DNA from: Anaerolineae bacterium
Lineage (GTDB): Bacteria; Chloroflexota; Anaerolineae; B4-G1; SLSP01
Direction of reading: 5' to 3'
Length of the DNA: 64,000 nucleotides
NCBI GenBank assembly: GCA_049974845.1
Contig: JBNGCP010000010.1
Location: 13,792-77,791 of the forward strand
Below the pieces are notes generated by a model that was not told the DNA's origin, did no database searches, and saw only the letters and a program-made list of their open reading frames with translations. Each line of letters begins with the position of its first letter. The first letter of the stretch is position 1. This document shows positions 56,111 to 64,000 of the stretch, one piece after another. The translations under genes were made by a program, and so were the position numbers.

Positions 56111-57727
56111 TCACGTCGTTGCGCTGGTGAGAAGCTGGCGCCGCGCCGCCTCGCGCCATACGGCTGTCTTGGGGAAGTCGGCAAAGCTTTGCAGCGGGGC
56201 CAGCAGCGGATCCTCGCGCGAGACGTCTAGCGTCTGAAGGAGTTGATAGTCGCGGAGGCCCTCGGCAAAGACCTCCCAGCGCAGCGAATCCACCGGACCA
56301 GCAGGGCCGGGATAGACCATAAAGGGATCGCCGTAGGCCCATCCGCGCCACCACGCCCTGCCATCCTGGACGGTGTAGGGGTCGATCAGGCTGCGCATCT
56401 GCGATTCGTACCAGTAGTTGTAGCCCCAGTGCAGGAAGCCCTGGAACGGCCAACGATAGAACAGGAAGCCGTGCATCGCGATCTTGGGCAAAGGCGTGTC
56501 CATCAGGCGGTTCAGATAGAGGCCGCGAGGTCCGCAGCAGTAATAGCACCAGGCGGGGATCTCCTCTGCCACGAAGTCCAACGCCGTGCGGATGCTGGGG
56601 ATGGGCATATCGGTCAGGCCCTGTCGTGCAAAGTCGATGTCGCTGAGCGCGTCCATCACCTCTATCCACGGCGCCAACTCCCGGAGCAATGCGCGATCCG
56701 CCTGATACTGTGCGAGATGCTCGACGTGGGGTTCGTCAGAGACGTGGAAAAAGGAGCGGTCGAGGATCTGCTCCTGCTCGAGGAAGCGCCGCAGCTCGGG
56801 CAGGAATTGAGAAAGGAACGTCCGATAGGTGTCTGACGTCGCGCGCGTCTCCGGCGACCAGAGCAGCCGTTCCTCGCGACCCTGCCCCTCGTAGATGCGA
56901 ATGGCGTTCTCAGCGCCCCATTGGGTGAAGAAGTGACACCACTCAAAGTGCGTGATGCCGCTCTGCTTGGCAAGGTCCACATACCGCTTGACGTCGCACC
57001 AGTTGAAGCGGTACGTGTCAGGCCCGGTCGGCGTGACGTGGAGCAGCTGGCTGGGCCGCTTGACGCCGTCCAGAGGCGGCGTGAAGACCGGGACGTAGAG
57101 GGTGTCCTGACCGTGCGCGACCACATCGTGCAAATAGGGGGAAAGAATCCTCCAGAAACGGCGATCGAAGAGGTTAGTCTTGTACCAGTCGATCAGGGCG
57201 TCGACGTAGAACCAGTGCGTGACGCGGAAGTCTTCTCGTGGCTGCAGCACGATATCATAGAGCCGAATCGTCACCGTTCGACTTACGGTGATCCCGCCCT
57301 CGGTCTCGGCCCGGACGTTTATGCTGTAATCGCCGGGCGTTGCAGGTCCCGACTGCGTCGACCCGGGTTGCACCGTGATCCAGAAAGCATGTGTCTCTCC
57401 GGCGGGCAGCAGCATCTCGTCCTCGTCGAAGAGCGGGTCGGGCACGTAGCCGGGGATCTGATCCAACGCCGCGGTGTCCTCATCCACCGGCGTGTTATGG
57501 TGACGAACGGGCACGTAGCCTACGCGCCGCACGCGCACGAGCCAACCGGAAGGGCCGTCGGCGAAGATTCGTATGCCCTGGCGCTCCTCATCCTCAAGCC
57601 GCACGACGAACTGAAAGCTCTTCTGCTCGTTGGCTGCTGCGTGCAGCACCAGCGGTTGGTCCTCCGCCGGCGGCGTCTGTGAGAAGTGGCGGATCAAAGG
57701 CGAGCTTGTCCAAGCGCTTAGCGTCAT
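56111..57727 (-). CDS. DUF4091 domain protein (GH123-like putative glycoside hydrolase)
   Basis: About 538 aa. I prefer the second ATG (57727), which lies 6 nt after AAGGAGG. The family call is from memory of the architecture (N-terminal beta-sandwich then TIM-like region, WCHFFTQWG). Confidence 0.6.
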   Translation of the reverse strand: MTLSAWTSSPLIRHFSQTPPAEDQPLVLHAAANEQKSFQFVVRLEDEERQGIRIFADGPSGWLVRVRRVGYVPVRHHNTPVDEDTAALDQIPGYVPDPLFDEDEMLLPAGETHAFWITVQPGSTQSGPATPGDYSINVRAETEGGITVSRTVTIRLYDIVLQPREDFRVTHWFYVDALIDWYKTNLFDRRFWRILSPYLHDVVAHGQDTLYVPVFTPPLDGVKRPSQLLHVTPTGPDTYRFNWCDVKRYVDLAKQSGITHFEWCHFFTQWGAENAIRIYEGQGREERLLWSPETRATSDTYRTFLSQFLPELRRFLEQEQILDRSFFHVSDEPHVEHLAQYQADRALLRELAPWIEVMDALSDIDFARQGLTDMPIPSIRTALDFVAEEIPAWCYYCCGPRGLYLNRLMDTPLPKIAMHGFLFYRWPFQGFLHWGYNYWYESQMRSLIDPYTVQDGRAWWRGWAYGDPFMVYPGPAGPVDSLRWEVFAEGLRDYQLLQTLDVSREDPLLAPLQSFADFPKTAVWREAARRQLLTSATT

Positions 57728-57758
57728 CCCCATCCTCCTTATCTAGTGGCCCTCAACT

Positions 57759-59342
57759 TCAATAGCCGACCGCTTGTCCGTCCTTGCGCCAGTCGGTGCC
57801 GGTGCAGTAGCCGTCTGCCAGTCGGTAGATCAACTGCGCGCCGCCAAAGCGCCCGGGACGTTGGTCGGCGTGGACCGTGTGGCCACGCCGCCGCAGCGCG
57901 TCGACCACGTCGGAGGCAAATCCCGGCTCCAACCAGAGGCTGTAGTCGCGATCCACAAACCACCGCGGGCCATCGGACGCAGCCTGAGGGTTCTGGCCAT
58001 AGTCGAAAATGCGCACCATCATTTGCACGTGGCCCTGAGGCTGCATCGGGCCGCCCATCACGCCGAAGCTCATCACCGGCGCACCGTCCTCGGTCACAAA
58101 GGCGGGGATGATCGTGTGGAAGGGGCGCTTGCCGCCCGCGACCTGATTCGGATGTCCCGCCGCCAGTTCGAAACACGCGCCGCGGTTCTGCATCGAGATT
58201 CCCGTTCCCGGGATGACGATGCCGGAGCCAAAGCCCATATAGTTAGACTGTATGAACGAGACCATCATGCCGTCGACGTCGGCAGCGGTCAGGTAGACGG
58301 TCCCGTGATCGACCGGCAGGGCCGACTCCGGGAACCTGGCCCGGTCCATATCGATCTCCTGCGCTCGTTGGGTGAGAAAAGCGTCCTCAATCAGTGCTTC
58401 TGGGGGTACCTCCATCCAGGCCGGATCGGCGATGTGCCGGTAGGCCTCGGCCCACGCTAACTTCATCGCCTCGACCTGCACGTGGATGCTGTCGGCAGAG
58501 TCAACGGCATACTGGCTGACGTCGAAATGCGCCAGAAGCCCCAAGGCGATCAGGGCCGCGAGACCCTGACCGTTAGGCGGAATCTCGTGAAGATGGTAAC
58601 CACGGTATGCTTGCGCCATAGGGGAGACCCAGACGGGCTCGTGAGACGTCAGGTCCTCCAGCGTCATCAGGCCGCCCGTCTCGCGGGCATGCTCCACGAT
58701 ACGCTCGGCCAGCTCGCCCCGATAGAAGGCCTGCCCTTTCGTCCTGGCGATGGTCTCCAGGGTCGCAGCCTGGTCGGGACACGCGAAGCGCTCCCCGGGT
58801 CGCGGCGCCCGTCCCTTGGGCAGGAACGTTTCGGCAAAGGCGGGATAGGCGCGGTAGCGTCGCTCGGCGTAGGCCCATACCGTCGCCGTGATGGGTGAGA
58901 CCGGATAGCCGTCGCGGGCGTAATGCACGGCTGCCTCAAAGAGTGCCTCGAAGGGCAGCCGACCAAAGCGCTTGGAGAGCTCCGCCCACGCGCTCACGCA
59001 GCCCGGCACGGTCACCGGATCCCAGCCGGTGGTCGGCATCTCATCCAAGCCCTCAAACCGATCGGGCGTGAGCGCCTGCGGCGAGCGGCCCGAAGCGTTG
59101 AGGCCATGGAGCCCCTCCCCGTCCCACACGATGGCGAAAGCATCGCTGCCGATTCCGTTGCTCGTCGGCTCGACGACGGTCAGGGTGATGGCCGTCGCCA
59201 CCGCCGCGTCGACGGCGTTGCCTCCCTGATGAAGGGCCTGCAACCCGGCCTCGGCTGCCAGTGGCTGCGAGGTCGCGACGACGTTCTCGGCCAACACCGG
59301 CATGCGTTGTGAGCGGTATGGAAGCTTCCAGCTAAAGGACAT
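57759..59342 (-). CDS. ggt: gamma-glutamyltransferase
   Basis: 527 aa with VATSQPLAAEAGLQALHQGGNAVDAAVA, the autoprocessing site DHGTVYLTAAD, and the GGPMQPQ motif. Confidence 0.9.
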   Translation of the reverse strand: MSFSWKLPYRSQRMPVLAENVVATSQPLAAEAGLQALHQGGNAVDAAVATAITLTVVEPTSNGIGSDAFAIVWDGEGLHGLNASGRSPQALTPDRFEGLDEMPTTGWDPVTVPGCVSAWAELSKRFGRLPFEALFEAAVHYARDGYPVSPITATVWAYAERRYRAYPAFAETFLPKGRAPRPGERFACPDQAATLETIARTKGQAFYRGELAERIVEHARETGGLMTLEDLTSHEPVWVSPMAQAYRGYHLHEIPPNGQGLAALIALGLLAHFDVSQYAVDSADSIHVQVEAMKLAWAEAYRHIADPAWMEVPPEALIEDAFLTQRAQEIDMDRARFPESALPVDHGTVYLTAADVDGMMVSFIQSNYMGFGSGIVIPGTGISMQNRGACFELAAGHPNQVAGGKRPFHTIIPAFVTEDGAPVMSFGVMGGPMQPQGHVQMMVRIFDYGQNPQAASDGPRWFVDRDYSLWLEPGFASDVVDALRRRGHTVHADQRPGRFGGAQLIYRLADGYCTGTDWRKDGQAVGY

Positions 59343-59431
59343 TCTCGTCTCCTGATTGGATTGTGTGGCGGAATAACTCAGATACGCATCGCAGAGCCAA
59401 TCTCACAGCACCACTGCGCTGTGATGCTGTG

Positions 59432-61504
59432 TCAACTGATGACTACCTGTCCGTAAGCACGCAAGCGGGGCACCGTCACCTTGAGGTGGTCCTCTTTCAG
59501 CTCGCAGTCCAGGTTCTGTATAGGCTCACCGGGCGCGATCCATCTGACACGGCAAGGGGTGTCCACCGGCATCGGCTCATCGAGCCGGATTCTAAGCGTG
59601 ATAGGCCCTACCGGCACCTCGTCGACCAGGGGCGTGGATCCGGCCGCATTGACAAGATGGATTACCCAATCCTCCTGCCACTGCGCCAACACGACGTCGA
59701 CACAGGCAGGGGCGTCGGTCTCCAACAGCGGCGCAATTCGGCCATCGCCGAATACGAGCGCCGACAGAAGCTTCAGGTGGTCAAGGTGGCCCAATGCCAT
59801 CACGGTCTCGCCGAGACCTGTCGCGAGATAGATCAGGTCCCCGGTCCCGACCGGAACACGCACCGACAGGGCGTCCTCGGAGGACGTGAGGGGGTCAGCA
59901 TCCTCGGGCACGCGCATCTCCTCCCCATAGGCCGTCCAGAACCAGACCTCCGTGCCGGACGCCGGCACAAAGCGCCGGTAAGGGCACAGGAGAGGCAGGG
60001 GAGCTTCCGCGGTGAGCGATGACGGCAAGGCAGCGCCGGGAAGGGCGTATGGGGCTTCGGCAGATTGCCGGGTGAAGACACGGCCCAGGCGGTTCGCCAG
60101 TGAGATCGGTATAGGCCTGAAGCCCTCCTCGCCGGCAACCGGGGCGTCCAGTAGAATGACGCGCCCTCCACGTTCCGCGACGCTAAGCACCGCCTGTGCC
60201 TGTTTGTCGTCCAACCAGGAGGCGGTGGGCAAGATCACGGCATCCAGATCTGCAAGGCGTTTCTCGGACAGAGCCTCGTCATAGATCAGCCGGAACTGAA
60301 CGTGGGTGGCCTTCAGCGCCGTGTAAAGACCGGCGAACTCTCGCTCGAGCCGCTCGGCGGCTACGACGTCGGGCAGGTCCCTATGGCTCAGGGCCCGGCT
60401 CGGCCAGACCAGGCCGACCTGGTCGGCCATCGCCATCGAATCGAGCAAGGCCCCTTGCTGCTCCATAAACGCAAGCACGTCGGAAATAGCTGGTATCGCC
60501 CGTGCGTCTGCCAAGGTTGCAGGTATGCCGAAGGTAGGAAGCTTCAGACCGGCGCCATGGGCTATCGCCTGATACGCCAGGAACGCAAACTCTCGGGGCG
60601 GCATCACCGTCGCGTTGACGTTGAGGTCGCGCATGTGAATCTTGATATTCACGATAGGTCGCTGACCGGCGGCCCGCACCCGATCGGCGGACATTCCCAC
60701 CCACCAGCGCGAATCGCAAGCGTGTGCCAAGCCGCCAGAGCTGACCAGTATCTGACTGAAGGCCCCCTTCAAGGTGGGCAGGTGGAAGCCCTTGCTATGC
60801 TCCCACTCGGGGTACTCCTGCCCGGCAAGCTCGCCCATGAAAAAGACGTCGGGTTTGATCGCCTGCGCTGTCTTATAGATGCCGGCGAGCTGATCGGCCA
60901 GGGCCTCCCGGCGCCATCGGATGTAACGCTCCCAGACCCGTGCGTCTGCCTCGGGACGTTTCGGGATGGGTTCGCCAAAGGACGCACGGCACGCTGCACA
61001 ATGGCAGACACCGGGAAAACCGGTGGCGTTGATGTGAAATCCCGCCACCGGATAGCGCGTCAGGACTTCCTCGATCACCTGGTGCGCGAAGGCCTCGTTC
61101 TGATATCCTGCGACCGGACAGGTCAGATAGTATTTGCCGCTTCGCTTCACCGCTCCATCGGCGTCACGGGCGAACCACGACGGGTGTGCCTCAAGCACGT
61201 CCTCCCGCGCCTTGGAGAAGTCAACGCGCGCGATGATCCGCAGCCCTGTCGGCTCTGCCGCCTCGATGATCTCCTGAAGCAGATCGCGGTCACCGATGAC
61301 GGGGCTCACGTAGTGATGGGGAAGCTCACTGGGGTAGAAGGCGTAGATCCCACCGGCGCTTACCACGACCGCTTCAGCATGGGTCGCGAGGCAGTCCTCC
61401 ACGAAGTGGCGCACGTCGAGGTCCTGTAACTCTGCCTCGCCCGGATTGGGGTGATAGATGCGAAGCGCGCGTCCCTTCCACCACGGCGTCATCGCTTCGG
61501 CCAT
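59432..61504 (-). CDS. putative glycoside hydrolase (GHL6-like TIM barrel + GH42-type trimerisation-like domain)
   Basis: 690 aa. The N-terminus (ALRIYHPNP...FVEDCLATHAEAVVVSAGGIYAFYPS) resembles the hypothetical glycosyl hydrolase 6 family. The assignment is tentative. Confidence 0.5.
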   Translation of the reverse strand: MAEAMTPWWKGRALRIYHPNPGEAELQDLDVRHFVEDCLATHAEAVVVSAGGIYAFYPSELPHHYVSPVIGDRDLLQEIIEAAEPTGLRIIARVDFSKAREDVLEAHPSWFARDADGAVKRSGKYYLTCPVAGYQNEAFAHQVIEEVLTRYPVAGFHINATGFPGVCHCAACRASFGEPIPKRPEADARVWERYIRWRREALADQLAGIYKTAQAIKPDVFFMGELAGQEYPEWEHSKGFHLPTLKGAFSQILVSSGGLAHACDSRWWVGMSADRVRAAGQRPIVNIKIHMRDLNVNATVMPPREFAFLAYQAIAHGAGLKLPTFGIPATLADARAIPAISDVLAFMEQQGALLDSMAMADQVGLVWPSRALSHRDLPDVVAAERLEREFAGLYTALKATHVQFRLIYDEALSEKRLADLDAVILPTASWLDDKQAQAVLSVAERGGRVILLDAPVAGEEGFRPIPISLANRLGRVFTRQSAEAPYALPGAALPSSLTAEAPLPLLCPYRRFVPASGTEVWFWTAYGEEMRVPEDADPLTSSEDALSVRVPVGTGDLIYLATGLGETVMALGHLDHLKLLSALVFGDGRIAPLLETDAPACVDVVLAQWQEDWVIHLVNAAGSTPLVDEVPVGPITLRIRLDEPMPVDTPCRVRWIAPGEPIQNLDCELKEDHLKVTVPRLRAYGQVVIS

Positions 61505-61511
61505 ATCGCGC

Positions 61512-62564
61512 TCATTGTCGTCTACTCTGGCTCAAGAGGGCTTCAGCGATGGCGGTCTCCTCGCCATCCTCGTCGACGATACCGAAGGCGCCCTTATAGT
61601 CCCAATTGGCCCACGCGATGTCGTACTCATCGAAGACCGACAGCATATCCCGGTACCAGGCCAGGCGTAACTCTCGCGGCGTGCGCCTGTGAAGTGCACA
61701 GGCATTGTAGCAGCCGAACTCACCGCAGTAGAGCGGCAGTCCAGTGTCCTCACGGACAGCCAGGGGCTGAGCCAGGTCCTGCACGATGGTATCGCGGTTG
61801 AAGGGGCGGTTCCACTCATCCATCTTCTCGAGCAGCTCGTCGCCCAGGCCTTCGAGATCCTCGTCGGCGAGGGGGCGTCCCGGATAATGGATTGGCCCTG
61901 TGTAGGTCCCACCCACCGCCCACCACGGCGCCGTGTAGTGCGTGACAAACATCGGCTCGTAGTAGTGGAAGGTGAGAATGGTATCGTCGTCCTCTGGCAC
62001 ATACAGCTCCATAAAGGTGTGGCACTGGTTGAACCAATTGGAGCCAAGGACGATGGTGCGCTCGGGCTCGCGTTCGCGGATCGCGTGGTAGGCCGCGTTG
62101 GCGACGCGGTTCCAGTCGTCGGGGTCGCGGGCGATGGGCTCGTTGAGCAGCTCATAGGCCACGAGGTTCGTAGGACGTTCAGCCATATGCTCCGAGAGCT
62201 CCTGCCACAGCTCGATGAACTGCTCCTCCCCCCGCGGATCGGCGAAGAGGAGGGGCTCCTCCGTGTCGAGGAAATGGTGCGCGCGCAGCAGGTGTAGATC
62301 GACGACCACCTTCAGACCCGTGCGCTCGCACCAGTCGAGCGCCGAATCCAGCAGATCGAACGCCTCCCGTTGTTGGTCACCTGTCTCGTCCCACATCTGC
62401 TCCTCATCGATGGGCAGGCGGATATGGTCGAAGGTGCCGTCGCCCATCTCCGCAATGCGTTGGACGTCGGCCTCAGTGAAGAAGGCGCGCCGCTCCGCAC
62501 CCCGGCGTTGACTCTGGCTTAACCAGTGGGAGATGTTCGTCCCCCGGTGAATCGAAAAAGGCAT
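61512..62564 (-). CDS. glycoside hydrolase family 5 (cellulase/mannanase-like)
   Basis: The ATG at 62564 (MPFSIHRGTNISHWL) follows an AAGGAG SD. LLNEP contains the acid/base Glu and YCGEFG the nucleophile Glu. Confidence 0.8.
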   Translation of the reverse strand: MPFSIHRGTNISHWLSQSQRRGAERRAFFTEADVQRIAEMGDGTFDHIRLPIDEEQMWDETGDQQREAFDLLDSALDWCERTGLKVVVDLHLLRAHHFLDTEEPLLFADPRGEEQFIELWQELSEHMAERPTNLVAYELLNEPIARDPDDWNRVANAAYHAIREREPERTIVLGSNWFNQCHTFMELYVPEDDDTILTFHYYEPMFVTHYTAPWWAVGGTYTGPIHYPGRPLADEDLEGLGDELLEKMDEWNRPFNRDTIVQDLAQPLAVREDTGLPLYCGEFGCYNACALHRRTPRELRLAWYRDMLSVFDEYDIAWANWDYKGAFGIVDEDGEETAIAEALLSQSRRQ

Positions 62565-62663
62565 GACCTTCACACTCCTTGCAAGCAACTTGAGTTACTG
62601 GCTGAAATCAACCGGGGCAGGGCGATCGATACTCCTGCGGTCGCCCTGCCCCTCGTATTGCAT

Positions 62664-64000
62664 CTAGTCTGTGATCTTCCTGGGCACGACGACCGGCTCG
62701 ATATCCAAGAACTTGCAGACCTGCAGGAGAGGTTGTGTGAGGTCGCCGTGGATCATGCTGGCGTGGTGGACGAAGCCCTCCTCGACGAGCGTCCGGTAGA
62801 GCCGGTCGTGATCCTCGACCTCTACCCACGACCAGGTCCCTGACAGCGTCTCGTCGCTGGGGATGATCTCGCCGGTTGCGATGAGCATCTTCCATTTATC
62901 GTCATACTCCGCAAGCCGGACGAAGGTCACCGGCCCGGGTTTGATCTGGAACTGGCTTAGGCCCGCTTGCACATCCTCCTCTTCGACAGGCAGCTTGCCG
63001 GTCATATCGTGGCGCGAACGCAGCGCCGTTTTCTGAGGGTCACGGGCCAGGCATGCCGGTGCGTTACCGCAGTGCCACGCCAGCAGCTGATTGGGATTCT
63101 CTCGATGGCGTATGGTCCAGTCGACGAAGTGCGGCACCGTCTGCCCCAGGGCCGCGCGATGGCAGATCAGCATCGACAAGGCCCCGAGCACATCGGTCTC
63201 GCAGGCCGTCAGCATCCCCTTTCCCGTCAGCCGGCCATAGGTCGTGCAGACCGAGATGCCCATCAGACGCTGGATGGAGGGCCAGCACTGCATCGCCATC
63301 GCCGAGAGGCGATTATCCTCCCAGAAACCGGTCAACGCTACCTCCAGTTTTGCGGCGTTGACGAGATATTTGTCGGAGACGGTGATCTCCGCGAACATCG
63401 CACGGAAGTCGGCTATCACCGCCTGGACCTCGGGATCGTCGTCCGCGTAAGCGGTCGCGCGATCCACGATGTCGGAGAGGTTGGCATAGATCACGTTCTG
63501 GCCGAACTTGCCGATCATCGCCACTTCGTCGTAGCCTACGGTCTCGAAGGTCGCCGGGCGCACGCCCACCTGTCCGATGCGCGCGTCCTTGAGCCCCTTG
63601 GTCACCGCCACGGCGCGCACGAAGTCCTGGACTTCCGGCAGAAACGCCGGTTCGTCGGGAAAGAAGAGCCCGGCATAGCGGAAGGGAATCTTCCGTCGGT
63701 AGAGCCCCGAGGCCATGGAGAGGTTTCCGCAGTAGGAATCCGACACGCGGGTCATCCCGGCGTCGTCGCGAGCGGGTGGTTCCTTAGTGGCGTAGAGCAG
63801 CACCGGCACGTCCAGTAACTCGGCGACCTTGACGGCGGAGCGCTCATCGCCGAAGTCGAGGGGGCAGAGGATCAGGCCATCGACCTGCTGTCGTCGGAAA
63901 TACTGGGCCACGACCTCGGCCTCATCCAGCTTGGACACGGTGCCGTGTGGGGTCAGCCCTTTCTCGGCGTCCAGGGTCTTGCCGTCGGGCGAGGGCTGAG
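62664..64000 (-). CDS. L-fucose/L-arabinose isomerase-family protein, 5' end beyond window
   Basis: The frame stays open upstream of the track start (a GTG at 63938) to the window edge. Contains ACETDVLGALSM, WHCGNAP and the typical C-terminal HHASMIHGD. Confidence 0.7.
   Translation of the reverse strand, partial: QPSPDGKTLDAEKGLTPHGTVSKLDEAEVVAQYFRRQQVDGLILCPLDFGDERSAVKVAELLDVPVLLYATKEPPARDDAGMTRVSDSYCGNLSMASGLYRRKIPFRYAGLFFPDEPAFLPEVQDFVRAVAVTKGLKDARIGQVGVRPATFETVGYDEVAMIGKFGQNVIYANLSDIVDRATAYADDDPEVQAVIADFRAMFAEITVSDKYLVNAAKLEVALTGFWEDNRLSAMAMQCWPSIQRLMGISVCTTYGRLTGKGMLTACETDVLGALSMLICHRAALGQTVPHFVDWTIRHRENPNQLLAWHCGNAPACLARDPQKTALRSRHDMTGKLPVEEEDVQAGLSQFQIKPGPVTFVRLAEYDDKWKMLIATGEIIPSDETLSGTWSWVEVEDHDRLYRTLVEEGFVHHASMIHGDLTQPLLQVCKFLDIEPVVVPRKITD

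Overview
This is a high-GC bacterial chromosomal segment of roughly 64-66% GC. Strong AAGGAGG-type Shine-Dalgarno sites and the gene content (GerW/YtfJ, Nbr1-FW lipoprotein, many CoxLSM-type molybdoenzymes) suggest Chloroflexota/Thermomicrobia-like or related Terrabacteria, but I cannot confirm the taxonomy from sequence alone. The window is densely coding, with about 55 supportable CDS. I recognised no rRNA, tRNA or CRISPR array.

Main blocks:
- pgeF and a GerW-like/DUF4914-like cluster.
- A 1000-aa MOP/XdhD-type molybdoenzyme.
- A tightly coupled rfbF-rfbG-SDR-rfbH-GT2-adenosine kinase operon followed by ahcY.
- A STAND-like ATPase-TPR protein and a GT39-like membrane glycosyltransferase.
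- Dihydropyrimidinase, xdhC, a cupin and a BaiN-like flavoprotein.
- Two tandem deoxynucleoside kinases, then a GAF-PAS histidine kinase coupled to AlaX.
- cinA and a ChlI/ChlD-like chelatase-type locus.
- araB-rbsK-DUF5107.
- PdxA2 with a DUF1537 acid-sugar kinase and an amidohydrolase.
- Two MFS transporters.
- A long minus-strand block: GNAT, enolase-superfamily protein, MoaD-like protein, CoxL/S/M, AzlCD, DUF4091, GGT, GHL6-like, GH5 and a fucose-isomerase-like gene that runs off the window.

Most interesting observations:
1. The ChlI-like AAA+ gene ends two codons after an in-phase A_AAA_AAA slippery run. The -1 frame there encodes a start-less ChlD-type linker plus VWA domain, and a stem-loop sits 7 nt downstream. 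This points to programmed -1 frameshifting or transcriptional slippage making I-like and D-like subunits from one locus.
2. An unrecognised ~133-bp hairpin (MITE-like) element occurs twice, each copy flanked by 11-bp target-site-duplication-like direct repeats. Its stem mismatches are almost all G:U-compatible only on the minus strand. One copy duplicates the -35 box of a promoter.
3. The 1000-aa xanthine-dehydrogenase-family protein has an N-terminal double [2Fe-2S] domain in which all eight cysteine ligands are replaced.

Several long antisense ORFs in the track are GC-driven shadows and were rejected.
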